From contig OX597819.1 of the NCBI GenBank assembly GCA_951406725.2, forward strand, positions 70,432,001 to 70,496,000: 64,000 nucleotides of DNA, written 5' to 3'. Source of the DNA: Octopus vulgaris (lineage: Eukaryota). The position numbers and the translations under genes were made by a program. The notes below the pieces were generated by a model that saw only the letters and a program-made list of their open reading frames with translations, ran no database searches and was not told the DNA's origin. Within the stretch, counting starts at the first letter, position 1; every line of letters begins with the position of its first letter. Positions 1 to 13,296 of this stretch are shown in pieces.

Positions 1-145
1 TATGTCAGCCTAATTAATGAATAAACACATGATCAAATGCGGAAAAAAAAATAACCATGCTCATGATCACACACAGACACACACACACATATATATTCAC
101 ACACTCATTTATATTCTAAAAATATATATCTACACACACACACAC

Positions 146-209
<64 letters not shown>

Positions 210-280
210 TCACACACTCATTTATATCCTAAAAATATATATCTACACACACACATATATACATACATACATACATACAT

Positions 281-314
<34 letters not shown>

Positions 315-383
315 ATATACTCACACACTCATTTATATTCTTAAAATATAAATCTACACACACACATATATATATATACATAC

Positions 384-445
<62 letters not shown>

Positions 446-460
446 GTATATATATGTATA

Positions 461-490
<30 letters not shown>

Positions 491-491
<1 letters not shown>

Positions 492-2238
492 GGAGATGCC
501 ACTATGAAAGTTTGCTGAATAAAGAAAATGAATGGGATAAAGAGAGTCTGCCAAATGTTGACCCAACAGAGGGACCAGCTATCCGAGTTGATAGTTCCGT
601 GGTAGCTAAGGCAATTAGAAGCATGAAGACAGGGAAAGCCCCAGGCCCATCAGGAATTACTGCAGAGATGCTCAAAATATCTGGCAGTGTCGGCTATAAC
701 CTAGTCACCCGTATAGTCAACCAGGTGATACACGAAGGAGTCATACCCAATGACTGGTGTAGCAGCATACTAGTCAACTGCTACAAAGGTAAAGGTGATG
801 CCCTGGATACAAATAATTACAGAGGTATCAAGCTGTTGGATCAGGTAATGAAGGTTACGGAGAGGGTCATAGCCCAACTAATTAGAGAGAGAGTTAGTTT
901 AGATGAGATGCAGTTTGGGTTTGTCCCAGGGAAAAGCACCACTGATGCTATATTCCTGGTTAGGCAGCTGCAGGAGAAATACCTAGCCAAGGATAAGCCC
1001 CTGTACCTGGCTTTCGTTGACATGGAGAAAGCCTTTGATAGGGTCCCCCGATCCCTCATCTGGTGGTCAATGAGGAAACTAGGGATAGATGAATGGCTGG
1101 TGAGGGCTGTGCAAGCCATGTACAGAGATGCCGTAAGTAAGGTTAGAGTTGGCAACATGTACACAGAAGAATTCAAAGTAGAGGTTGGGGTCCACCAGGG
1201 TTCAGTACTCAGCCCCCTCCTATTTATCATAGTCCTCCAGGCAATAACGGAGGAATTCAAGACAGGTTGCCCCTGGGAGCTCCTCTATGCTGACGACCTC
1301 GCTCTAATCGCTGAGTCACTATCAGAACTGGAGGAGAAGTTCCAGGTGTGGAAGGAGGGTTTAGAATCGAGGGGCCTTAGAGTCAACCTAGCTAAAACCA
1401 AAGTACTAATAAGTAGAAAGGTAGAAAACCCACAAATATCCTCAGGAAGATGGCCCTGCTCGATCTGTAGAAAAGGTGTAGGTAGAAACTCTATAAGATG
1501 TACCCAGTGTAAGCTATGGACACATAAGAGGTGCAGCAATGTCAAAGGTAGGCTAACTGGGAAGATAGTTTTTGTATGTGGCAGGTGCTCTGGAGCATTG
1601 ACCTCCGAAAATCTGCAGAAAACAACTTCTGTCACTTTCCGGGGGAAAAACTAGAAGTAGTTGATAGCTTCCGCTATCTAGGTGACCAAGTCAGTAGTGG
1701 GGGTGGGTGCGCTGAAAGTGTAACTGCTAGAATAAGAATAGCCTGGGCAAAGTTTAGGGAGCTCTTACCTCTGCTGGTGACTAAAGGCCTCTCGCTCAGA
1801 GTAAAAGGCAGACTGTATGATGCATGTGTACGAACAGCTATGCTACATGGCAGTGAAACATGGGCCGTGACTGCTGAGGACATGCGTAAGCTCGTGAGGA
1901 ACGAAGCCAGTATGCTCCGATGGATGTGTAATGTCAGTGTACTTACTCGACAGAGCGTTAGTACCTTGAGAGAAATGTTGTACCTAAGAAGCATCAGTTG
2001 TTGTGTGCAAGAGAGACGATTGCGCTGGTATGGTCATGTGGCGAGAATGGATGAAGATAGGTGTGTGAGAAAGTGCCAATCCCTAGCAGTTGAGGGAACC
2101 CGTGGAAGAGGTAGACCCAGGAAAACCTGGGACGAGGTGGTGAAGCACGACCTTCGGACGTTAGGTCTCACCATGGAAATGACTAGAGACCGAGACCTAT
2201 GGAAGTATGCTGTGCGTGAGAAGACCCGGCAAGACTAG
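491..2238 (+). pseudogene. RTE reverse transcriptase (endonuclease missing through 5' truncation) with one 1-nt deletion frameshift at ~1640-1650
   Basis: Motifs [58 protein letters not shown] (YADD at 1286-1297) in ORF 287-1654. Continues in another frame as FRYLG...ERRLRWYGHVARM...RGRGRPRKTW (ORF 1576-2238). The ORF N-terminus before 491 is (TA)n junk. Confidence 0.95.
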
Positions 2239-2858
2239 TGAAGCCATAATCCGTGGCCCCTACCTGGGACGTAGTCAGTCCACCTGTGCATACCTTCCTT
2301 CTTGTGACACTTGTGAAGACCTGTTGAGGCAAGTGAGAATCGAATCGTATCGAATCAAATCGAACCAAATCAAAATAGATGAACATCAATGGAATTTGTA
2401 TCCTTGTGGTACCAGTGCCGGTGGCACATAAGAAAACCATCCGAACGTGACCGTAGCCAGTACCGCAATGACTGGCCTCCGTGCTGAGGGCACGTAACAA
2501 ACACCATCCGAGCGTGGCCGTCCGCCAGCCTCGTCTGGTACCTGTGTCGGTGACACATAAGAAAACACCATCCGAGCGTGGCCGTCTGCCAGCCTCGTCT
2601 GGCACCTGTGTCGGTGGCACATAAAAAACACCATCCGAACGTGGCCGTCTGCCAGCCTCGTCTGGCACCTGTGTCGGTGGCACATAAAATCACCCACTAC
2701 ACTCTCGGAGTGGTTGGCGTTAGGAAGGGCATCCAGCTGTAGAAACACTGCCACATCTGACTGGCCTGGTGCAGCCTTCGGGCTTCCCAGACCCCAGTTG
2801 AACCGTCCAACCCATGCTAGCATGGAAAGCGGACGTTAAACGATGATGATGATGATGA
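491..2858 (+). mobile_element. RTE-clade non-LTR retrotransposon, 5'-truncated, apparently young copy with ~600-bp 3' UTR ending in (GAT)n
   Basis: Starts abruptly after a (TA)n tract. RT ORF 491-2238, then a 3' UTR with tandem ~63-bp units (about 2406-2696) and the terminus ...CCATGCTAGCATGGAAAGCGGACGTTAAAC(GAT)n that recurs many times in the window. Confidence 0.93.
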
Positions 2859-3484
2859 TATATATATATATATATATGTATTCATACATATATAAACATA
2901 CACATATGCACACACATGTGTATGTATGTGTGTATATATATATACATATATAAAAATCAAAATGTATATATATATATATACATACATGCACACACACACA
3001 CACGTGTTTGTAATTGTGTGTGTGTGTGTGTGTGAAAACTTTATTTATAATTCTGGTCTCAGCGAGTAAAGAGTTTTGTGTGGAATCCAGAACAAGCACA
3101 AATGACATAGTAGTAACTTTACCATTCAACTCCTACAATAGTCTCACATTGGGATCTGAGTGATATTTATTCCAAAAGGAATTATGGGCAATCCTCTGTG
3201 GACGTCAGCAATCCTTCTGTGGGTTCATATCACCAGGATACTACCAATTGAAATTATGGTATTTAATGATACCATTACTAAGAAAGAAAGACACACACAC
3301 ACATACACGCACACATATTATGATCTACATACACTTCCCAGCAAAAAAGCAATTTAATATTCCTACAAATAAAACAATAAAAACATGTGATTTTTGTTTA
3401 TCCTCATCTCTTCCCCGCTCTCTTATTTATATATTCATGCATGCAGTTTATTGAAGTATTAAAAATACATTAAAAACATGTATT

Positions 3485-3633
3485 GGTGCAGACTTGGCTG
3501 TGTGGTAAGAAGTTTGCTTCCCTAACCTTATGTCTCCGGGTTCAGTCCACTGCATGGCATCTTGGCAAGTGTCTTCTACTACAGCCTCAGGCCAACCAAA
3601 GGCTTGTGAGTTGAAAGAACCCTGTTGTGTATA

Positions 3634-3682
<49 letters not shown>

Positions 3683-3880
3683 TTACCTTTATTGTTTTAT
3701 TCTTTTACTTTCTGCATTTGACTGTGGCCATGCTGCAGTGCCTTTAGTTGAACAAATCAACCCCAGGACTTAAGCCTAGTACTTATTCTATCGGTCTCTT
3801 GTGCCGGACCGCTAAGTTACAAAGATGTAAATATACCAACAGCGGTTGTCAAGCAATGGCTGGGGAACAAATACAGACAA
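3485..3880. mobile_element. Two fragments of the abundant tRNA-derived SINE family A, in opposite orientations
   Basis: Head GGTGCAGACTTGGCTGTGTGGTAAG...GGTTCAGTCCAC on + (3485-3625) and the reverse complement of the 3' half (3700-3880). Both match the full copy at 62546-62945. Confidence 0.75.
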
Positions 3881-3894
3881 CAAATACATATATA

Positions 3895-4701
3895 ATACAA
3901 AATGGGACATGGACGCAAAACATCTAGACAGTCAGTGATACAAAAAAGAGGACAACAAAACATCTAGATAGACAATACAAAGAAAACAAGGACGGGTCAT
4001 TCGGAGTTTTCTTTCCTTAGTCGAGTTCCAGATTATTTTTGCAATTTCGGCTGGTTATACTGGAGATTGCTCCATTTGTTCTTTCGTTCCCCTTCTCTCA
4101 CATTTCCTTGCCTTCTCTTCATGCTCACTTTCCCTCCTCTCTTCACTTCACTGTGTCCCTGTCATTTTTTCTCACTCCTCCTTAATTCTTCTGTCCCTCT
4201 GCCTCTACTTCTCTCTCTTCTCTCCCTATGTGACCCGTGTTCGGCCAAGCCTGACCTTTCTTTCTTGGTTAGGCCGCCATCCATGCAACATCTATATTCC
4301 TCTCTGTGCCTGTGAAATCTTGTATCCCTGCTGTAAGGCTTTATTTCCACACACACCAGCTTAATTTAATTCGTCCTTAGTCGAAAGACACCTGTTGTTA
4401 TGTCCTGTTATTTGTATTTGTGTAACATTCTCTGTTTTTTTTCCATCCTTGTTTTCGTATACATTCACTGCTTTCTTCCAAGGAATCTAATGCTCTAGTT
4501 TTTCCTTCGGGCTGGCCAGATTGGAGCAATCTCGAGTATAACCCGCCGAAATTGCAAAGATAATCTGGAACTCAGCTGAGAAAAGAAAACTCTGAATGAC
4601 CTGACCTTGTTTCATTGTATCATCTATCTGGATGTTTTGTTGTCCCCTTTTTTGTGTCACCTAACTGTCTGGATGTTTTGCGTTATTGTCCCATTTTGTA
4701 T
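3895..4701. mobile_element. Non-autonomous fold-back element with ~180-bp terminal inverted repeats (possibly Penelope-derived inverted pLTRs)
   Basis: 3895-4078 is an imperfect reverse complement of 4517-4701 (TACAAAATGGGAC...GAGATTGCTCCA / TGGAGCAATCTCGAG...GTCCCATTTTGTA). Flanked by TA-rich microsatellite; no coding capacity. Confidence 0.7.
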
Positions 4702-4702
4702 T

Positions 4703-4744
<42 letters not shown>

Positions 4745-4754
<10 letters not shown>

Positions 4755-5170
4755 GCGGGCTTCTTTTGGTTTCCGACTGCTAAATCCACTCATAAGTCTT
4801 TGGTCAACTTGAGTCTATAGTGTAAGACACTTGCCCTAGGTGCCATGGAGTGGGACTGAACCCGAAAGCATGTGGATGGAAAGCAAACTTCTTACCACAC
4901 AGCCACTCCTGTACCATATGTGTGTGTGTGTGTATGTGTGTGTGTGCATATGTGCCTTTGTGTTTGTTCACCACCTCTGCTTGACAACCAGTGTTGGTTT
5001 GTTTATGTCCCTGTAACTTAGCGGTGTAGCAAAAGACACTGATAGAATAAGTGTCAGGTTGAAAAATCAAGTAGTGATGGTGGGGTCTATTCATATGACT
5101 AAAATTCTTCCAGGTGATACTCCAGCATGACCACAGTCCAATGACTGAAACAAGTAAAAGATAAAAGATA
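4745..5170. mobile_element. SINE family A fragments (5' half on minus, 3' half on plus)
   Basis: Matches 62546-62945: AAGACACTTGCCC...GGGACTGAACCC on the forward strand, and GCTTGACAACCAGTG...CTCCAGCATGACCACAGTC...GAAACAAGTAAAAG. Confidence 0.75.
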
Positions 5171-6086
5171 GTTTTCTTTATCATCATCATGAACTTTTAA
5201 TGTCCATCCTCTGTGCTGGACAATTTGATAGGATTCGACATGTTTGAGGACCATGACATATTCTTCAAGTTAGTGCTCCAGCATGGCCACAATCTAATCA
5301 CTGAAACAAGTAAAAGACAGAAGGTATGTATGCCATATTTCCTGATATTACCCATGGTGGTAAAAGTATACTTCCACAGTTACCCATCATATGATGGCTT
5401 ACGCTCAAGCCATCCCACCCATGCCAGCATGGAAGGTGGATATTAAATGATGGTGATGATATATACCCACATGCACATACACACCTGTGTGTGTGTCTTT
5501 TTGTCTCTGTTTATCCTCTCTATGGTTTGACAACTGGTGTTGGTGTGTTTACATCCCGGTTATTTGACAGTTTGGCAAAAGAGACCAATAGAATGAGTAC
5601 TGGGGTAGAGTCGTTTCACTAAAATTCTTCAAGGAAGTGCTACAGCATGGCCACAGTCTAATCACTGAAGCAAGTAAAAGACAGAAGGTATGTATGTATG
5701 CCATATTTCCTGATATTACCCATGGTGGTAAAAGTATATATCCACAGTTACCCATCATATGATGGCTAACACTCTCATAGATATTGCATAACATCTTCAT
5801 TGCTTATTAGCTGTGAGTAATGGTAGAGGGGGCTTTTTAAACCTGTGGCTTTATGCTAGGAGATGAGAATTTATCTTTTACATGTTTCAGTCAGCAAGCT
5901 TCTTTCAGTTTCCAACTACCAAATCCACTCACAAGGCTTTGGTCGGCCCAAGGCTGTAGTAGAAGACACCTGCCCAAGCTGCCACACAGTGGGACTGAAC
6001 CTGGAACCATGTGGTTAGGAAACAAATTTCTTACCACAGCCACACCTGCAGCAAATGAAAGATTCTAGCAAGTTTTGATTTTATAC

Positions 6087-6117
<31 letters not shown>

Positions 6118-7993
6118 CGATTCATTTGTGTATTTCATTTCAATTGAAGCCTGGCAGATAAAGCTTATGCCTGCCAGACAATTTGTGAACTTCTTTCTGA
6201 GGTGTCGAACAGGAAGAAGAGTCAGCCAAGGTAGGCTAAGTCGATGTTTGCAATCACTATCCTCCTATTGTTTAAACACAACAGCTGTCTGAAGTTAAGA
6301 ACTGGCCGGAATAATAATTATTGACATATGCAGGATGTTGATTCTGGCTTGGCTTCTCTAAGAAAATGAGGATTCCTGCCAGCTTTGTTGGTTGTACTCA
6401 GATTTCTGTGGCCTAAAAATATTCCAAGCAATATATCAGCCACCTTCCTTTCCCAGTCCTTCCCCACTGCCAGCTATGTTCTTTTTATTTAATTATTATT
6501 TTAGTTTAGTTTAGCAAAAGCTCTGGTTTTTTTCTCTTATGGTATTCATTGATTGTAGCAAGAATTTGCTATTTATTTGTAGTTTGAGAAAGAGAACAGC
6601 AGAAGATAGATAGGTAGATACATACATTCACAGATAGATAGAAACATAAGCTGATAGACAGACAGATATATACATACACAAGCCAACAGATACACAAATG
6701 GATGGACAGATGAATAGATGAATGGATGGGTGGATGGATACATACATACATACATACATACATGAACAGATAGATAGATACATGAATAGATAGATAGATA
6801 GGGAACAGAAAACAGACAGGCTGAGAGGGGCCAAGTATGTATAGGTAAAGGAGAATATAACTGTTAGTGGTTCCATAATTATGTTTAATTTTAGAATCAC
6901 TGGAAGTATTATCGCTGTCCATCCACTCATCCTTTGGTCCATCCATCTCTCTCTCTCTTTCTTTATGTTCAAGTCTCATCTGGCCTTGACTATTTTACCT
7001 TTCCTGTTATATTCAAGCTTAATAATAAATTGCTCCCTCTCTTTGTTTCACACACACACACACACACACATGCACACAGACATTCATTATATCTGTTTTT
7101 AAATGCAGCCCTTTAAATTAAAAAAAAAAAAATGCTGCCCTGGGCTGTAAACTCCAGAAACCTATTTATGCCATCCATAGTAATCAAAACATCTTAAAAA
7201 TGAAATGTTAATTTATTTGCATTTATTCATACTGTGAGACAAACAGGTAGGTAGGTAGGTTTGTGGTAAGGTAGGTTTGCAAGTATGTAGGTATGTAGGA
7301 AGGTAGATAGGTAGGTAAGTACATTTTCAGGTAGATAGGTAAGCACATTTGTAGGTAGGTAGGTAGGTATGTTGGTACTAGTTAAATCTGTTGAAATTTT
7401 ACATATCCAGTATGTTGTTAAAACTATATTACCTCATCTCAACACATCTTTCAGCTATCATTTCTAAACAATTGTTGCTTTGTTACTTGCAAAATGAATG
7501 TACATATTCATGTATGGTGTGCAACGATGTTTTCAGGTCTGTGAGTTAAAAGAATCTTATTAGAATGGAGAACATTTATGGAATAAATCAATGCTACAAA
7601 CTTGGTATTGTTCTCTGCAAATATTTCTCAGATCAAAGCAACCTCTGATCTAACTAATGTTGTTACTGTTAACGCCTAAGTTGTTCACACACCATTTGAA
7701 TGTTTCGAGATTGTCTCTCTGTGTGAACTCATTTTTTTTTAATAAATGCCAACTAATTTCAGCTGGCTTGTACTTATTGCATCTTTTATGATTGCATCAT
7801 TGCGGCAGTCACTTCTAAAAACTTCTAGACATACAAAATAATTATACAGACTTAGCATTGTATTGTGGGTACTTTGTTTATATCTGAGAAAATGATTCAT
7901 TTCATTTGTTAATGACTTGTAGGCACATGGTATTTCGTTATACAACCATAAAATACTTTTAAAGTATGTTAAATGTTTTTATAAGTCAATACC

Positions 7994-8227
7994 TATTTCT
8001 TTATTACCCAAAAGGGGCTAAACACAGAGGGGACAAACAAGGACAGACATAGGTATTAAGTCGATTACATCGACCCCAGTGCGTAACTGGTATTTAATTT
8101 ATCGACCCCGAAAGGATGAAAAGCAAAGTCAACCCCGACGGAATTTGAACTCAGAACGTAATGACAGACGAAATACTGCTAAGCATTTCGCCCGGCGTGC
8201 TAACGATTCTGCCAGCTCTCCACCTTC
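7994..8227 (-). mobile_element. tRNA-derived SINE family B, full length, with 22-bp target-site duplication
   Basis: Perfect flanking direct repeat AATGTTTTTATAAGTCAATACC at 7972-7993 and 8228-8249. On the minus strand: head GCTGGCAGAATCGTTAGCACG and B-box GAGTTCAAATTCC. Confidence 0.9.
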
Positions 8228-8563
8228 AATGTTTTTATAAGTCAATACCATGTTCTACTGCATTAGCAGTGCTCTTAGCATTATTTTGTTGTTTCTACAG
8301 AAATTATAGCCAGCACTGATTTTTTTGCTACAATGTTTTGTATCAAAACATCAGATGAAAACAAACATTAAGATCGGAGACAAAAATGGATAATGAGTGT
8401 ATATGCCATATTTCAGGACTTGTTGCCCTTTCATCAGCACCTATCCAACCCATCTATGCCTCCAAACACATTGTTTATATAGCCACTGCATACAGCAGTG
8501 TTAAGTTATTGGATATACCAATTTACATATTAAATGCATTCCTGGGGCTAGTATGTAAATATT

Positions 8564-8745
8564 CACTAGCATAGCTAGGGAGGGAGGGTGGTAGGGTCAG
8601 TCTGCCCCAGGCAACACTTTTAATGGGGTGGCATTTTCATCCTGTTGTAGGCTATTGTTGTAGACAATATGTGTTTTTTGTGGAGTCCAGAGGCAACAAA
8701 CAGAAGGGCCGCCCCTGGGTGGCACATACTCTAGCTACGCTAGTG
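8564..8745. mobile_element. MITE with 8-bp TSD (hAT-type)
   Basis: TIR CACTAGCATAGCTAG / CTAGCTACGCTAGTG; TSD TAAATATT (8556-8563) / TAAACATT (8746-8753). Confidence 0.8.
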
Positions 8746-9349
8746 TAAACATTAATGACTTGTAAGCACCTGGTATTTCGTTATGCAACTATATATATAC
8801 TATAAAGTATATTAAATGTTTTTATGTGTCTACACCATGTTCTACTGTGTTAGCAGTGCTCTATACATTATTTTCTTAAGGTTATTTGATACTATATCAA
8901 ACTTGAAAATATACTTTTTTTTCATGAGCCCCTTGGACTCATAAAAGCTGGTTACTTGGTTGCAGAAAATGAAATGTTTTTTCAGGGGTGTTCCTACGAA
9001 TGATAACAATTCAGGTTTATATCGGACTTACTGACTTCAGATAGGCGCCTGTGTCTTAACTTGAAACTGCAGTTAGGTTTGGACTTGCTAACTTCTTTTC
9101 TTTAAATCAATTCCTAAGACTTGGCGCCAGGAAATTCATAGAACTACCAAACTTCTCCAAAATGTTTTATGCTCAAATATGTAAAAGCTCTTACTACACC
9201 AATGTTACATAATAGGAAATGAGTTCACTTTTATTCTTGTATTTCACATATTTTGGAGTTGAGCCAAATGGAGTCGCAAAAATCTATCGAACTTTTACAG
9301 ATATAAGAGTATATGGATTTCTAAGATGACGCTTATTACGTTGATAAGG

Positions 9350-10020
9350 AGAGTGGCAATGATGGTGATGATAGTGATTGTGCTGATGGTGGAAATGGAG
9401 GTGGTGTTGATGATGGAGGTGGTATTGATGATGATGATGGTAGTGTCGATGATGTTGATGATGGTGGTGATGATGATAATGGTGGTGGTGATGATGACAA
9501 TGATGGTGTTGATGATGCTGGTGATGATGATGATGATGGTGGTGACAACAATGATGGTGGAAATGTTGATGATGGTGGGGATGATGATGGTGGTGGAAGT
9601 GTTGATGATGGTGGGGATGATGATGTTGGTGATGATGATAATGATGGTAGTGTTGATGATAATGGTGATGATAATGATAGTGGAGTTGTTAATGATGGTG
9701 TTGATGGTGATGATGATGATGATGGTGGAAATGTTGATGATAATGGTGTTGATGATGGTAGTGTTGATTATAATGGTGGTGGTGGTGGTGGTGGTGATGA
9801 TGATGATGATGGTAGTGGAGGTGATGATGATGATGGTGGTGGTGGAGGTGTTGATGATGATGATGGTGGTGGAGGTGTTGATGATGATAATGGTGGTGGT
9901 GATGATGATGGTGGAAGTGTTGATGAGGATGCTGGTGTTGTTGATAATGGTGTTGCTAATGATGATGGTGGTGATGATGATGATGGTGGTGGTAATGATG
10001 GTTGTGATAATGACAATGGT
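9350..10020. repeat. Degenerate (GAT/GGT)n trinucleotide microsatellite
   Basis: Continuous GAT/GGT/GTT triplets; explains the 237-aa Met/Val ORF. Confidence 0.95.
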
Positions 10021-11000
10021 CTATACGCAGCAAAGTTAGGGGAAAACATTTTGGCCATGAACTGAAAAATCAATAAAGATTTGTAAATTAAAACCCAAAT
10101 GAAAAGACCAAAGTTTAAACACACACACATCATCATCATCATCGTCATCACCACCACCCGTCATTGAAGCACCTTTTTTCATTCTATCTTTCTATCACAC
10201 CTTGCTCAATCATTTGCTTTCCTTTGTTCCCATTCACTGTTTTATCTCTATTATCCACCAGTTCATGCTCTCATGAACACTCTGTTTTCAATTTATCAAT
10301 CTCCCTACTACACACACTCTCTCTCCTCTTTTCTCTCTCTCTCTCTCTACCCCCTTCTCTTTCAGTTGCAGTCTCTTCTTTACTACTACTTCTCCTTTTG
10401 ACGTCCACTCTCTCTCTCTCTGTTCCTCTCACTCTCTCATTTTCTCTCTTACTTTCATGGTGCTCTTCTTACTTTCTTACCCACCACTCCTTCATATACA
10501 TATATGTATGTGTGTGTGTGTGTGTGTGTATATGTTTACAGACATGGCTGTGTGGTTAAGTCTGTTTCCCAAATACACAATTTTGGGTTCAGTCCTACTA
10601 TGTGGCACCTTGGACCAGTGTCTTCTGTTATAGTTGACCAAAGCCTTTCAAGTGGATTTGGTGGACAGAAACTGAAAGAAACTTGTGTGTGTGTATATAT
10701 ATATATGTGTGTGTATGTATGATTGTGTCTCGTCATCTTGCCATTGTATGGTAGATGTAAGCAAGTATTACCATCATACAAGTGACATTGTTTGTATGTA
10801 ATGTTCTATGGAAACACTTTTGGTTACAAGGAAATATTTTCTTGCTCAGAAACAAGTGTGGGGGTTAGTGATAGGAGGGACATCCAGTCATAGCAAAATC
10901 GATTACAGAATACACTGTCTGACCCATACAAGCATGGAAAAGTAGACATTAAAATGACATTGATGATGATGATATTTTTCTCCTTTCAATTTCTATAAAC

Positions 11001-11290
11001 CAGGGCTGTGGAGTCAAAACAAAAACTTAACTCTTATTCTGACTCCTGTACTATTGACACCTCTGACTCCGATTCCGACTCTAACTCCTCTTTATGTAAT
11101 TAAGTGATTGTGGTCTACATATATCATAAAGCATAAGAATACACTTGTACTTTGAGTAGGCCTATATCTTATAACTGGTTTATATTAAAGAATAAAGACA
11201 TTGTGAGTTGGAGTCAGAGTCGGTATATTATTACCGACTCTGATTCCAGCTACCCCTTAATTGTTTCCAACTCCAACTCCATGACTCCTG
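11001..11290. mobile_element. MITE with subterminal GGAGTC/GACTCC motifs and 8-bp TSD (hAT-type)
   Basis: Left end CAGGGCTGTGGAGTC, right end ...CTCCATGACTCCTG; TSD CTATAAAC / CTATAAAT; repeated GACTCC hexamers inside. Confidence 0.75.
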
Positions 11291-13171
11291 CTATAAATAC
11301 CCATTCATGCACTTCTCACAATGTTTCTGTCTATCTCACTCCAGATGCTTATAGATATTAATTCTTGTATGCATGTATGTGTATCTACTTGTATGTGTAT
11401 TTTTGCATGAACCTGTATGTGTGGGAGTGTTGCGTGGGTAGTGTTGTTGTTGTTACTGGCTGCTGTGTTGACTGGTCGAGTTGATGAATGAAAATATGTT
11501 TCTTGAGTTGTGTGAAGAAATAACTGAACAACAGACATGAACATTTAGAAGAAGATTTTATTTTTGCAAATAAAGACAAACTGTGTTGGCCTTTTATAGA
11601 TAACAACAGCAATAATTACATCCTGGGTGAAAGAGATACTGCATGGAATTTAAGGCAAGATACTGATATGGCAACATGTGGCTTGCCCGACATAACTGGA
11701 AACAACTGTACTATATTTGTGGCAATGGAGGTTCCTGTTATTTATCTGTGCTCATCTGTCTTAGCTGCCTTCCTGGGTCATCTTGCTGTAAAAATGCACG
11801 CTGTCTGGTGTGGCAAGAATGAAGATACATATTGCTCAGTTGCTTCAACATTCTACAATTAACTACTGCCAAAAATGGCCTTTTATAGGGTACAAGAAGA
11901 AGATTCTAGAAGATGGAAGCACATGATGGCTTGATGCTGAATCTGCTTAATAAATTGGTCCTGTGAAATTATTGTGGTTTGGTCTTGCTGTCTGAACGGT
12001 TACCTGGAAGTTCAGTTTCAAATCCACTGCAGGAAGAAGTTAGTTGTGTAGTAATCATCTCATTAGAAAAATACTATATTTTATGATAGGAGTGGACAAA
12101 AGATGTGAATGAATGAATGTCTACATGTGAAAATACATGATAAACTTTGTGAGACTTGGAAATAGATTTCTGCTGAGAAATGAAATCTCTTCAGCTTGAA
12201 ATTTACAATGGAAGGGGGTCATTATATTGGGTGGATTTATGGCTGTTCTTCCTCATCTTATAATCATTGATTGAGGTGCTTCATCCACTTACAATAATAT
12301 ATATTGGTTTCAAATTTTGGCACAAGGTCAGCAATTTTGGAGGTAGGGGTTAAGTTGATCACATTGACCCCAGTGCTCAACTGGTCGGTGTTTTATCAAA
12401 CTTGAAAGGATGAAAGGCAAAGTCGACCCCAGCAGAATTTGAAACGTTGCCAAACAGACAGTTGGTGCCTGATGCAGCTCTCTGGTCTTTCAGCTCCTTG
12501 GCAAACCATCCATCCATCCATCCATACATACATACATACACACACACATGAACATACACATGCACGCACACATAAGTTTGTGAGCGATTGACAGAAAACA
12601 GGCGTTAATTGATGATTATGATGATGATGTGTGTGTATGCGTAGTAAATGAACGCACTGGATTCCGACATGCACCTCTGACCAAATTCGTTATCATCAGT
12701 GTTCTTATCTAACCTACGATTAACCTAATTTAATTCTTACTTCCTTTATTCCACCTGTTCCTTTTTTAATTTTTAAAGCCTAAATTCTGCTCAAACACAT
12801 TTTTTAAATCAGCCGCTGACATTTACTGGATCTCAGCAACAGTGAAAGTGTTTAAATAATTCAGTTGAAACAAAGCTGACATAGTTGACATTTGGAGAAC
12901 ATTCTTATTAGTCAGGTCAAAGCAAATTTATTTATTTAATCAAATCAGTTTTATGAGTACAGTAGTATAAAAGCTGTATCTAATATTTGTGGTCATTCTC
13001 TCTCCTCTCTCACTATCTATATCTGTTTGTCTGCCAATTTATCTGTCTGCCTGTCCAACTACTTGTCTTCTATCTCTGTCTGTTAGTCTTTTTATTTGCC
13101 TATCTACCTTTTTATTTGTCTATCCATCTGTCTGTTTATCCATTGGTTGGTCTGTTTGTCTGTCTGTCTGC

Positions 13172-13253
<82 letters not shown>

Positions 13254-13296
13254 CTGTCTCTCTCTGTTTATCCATCTATCTATATGTATATCTATG

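Noticed and set aside
5261-5767. ~140-bp direct duplication (5261-5399 / 5626-5767)
   Set aside because: Ordinary local duplication of a SINE end plus flank; no functional signal.
9326-10039. 237-aa Met/Val-rich ORF
   Set aside because: Translation of a GAT/GGT microsatellite; no splice or homology support.
11600-12040. Cys-rich unique stretch resembling a decayed transposase C-terminus
   Set aside because: No consistent frame or recognisable motif could be established by eye.
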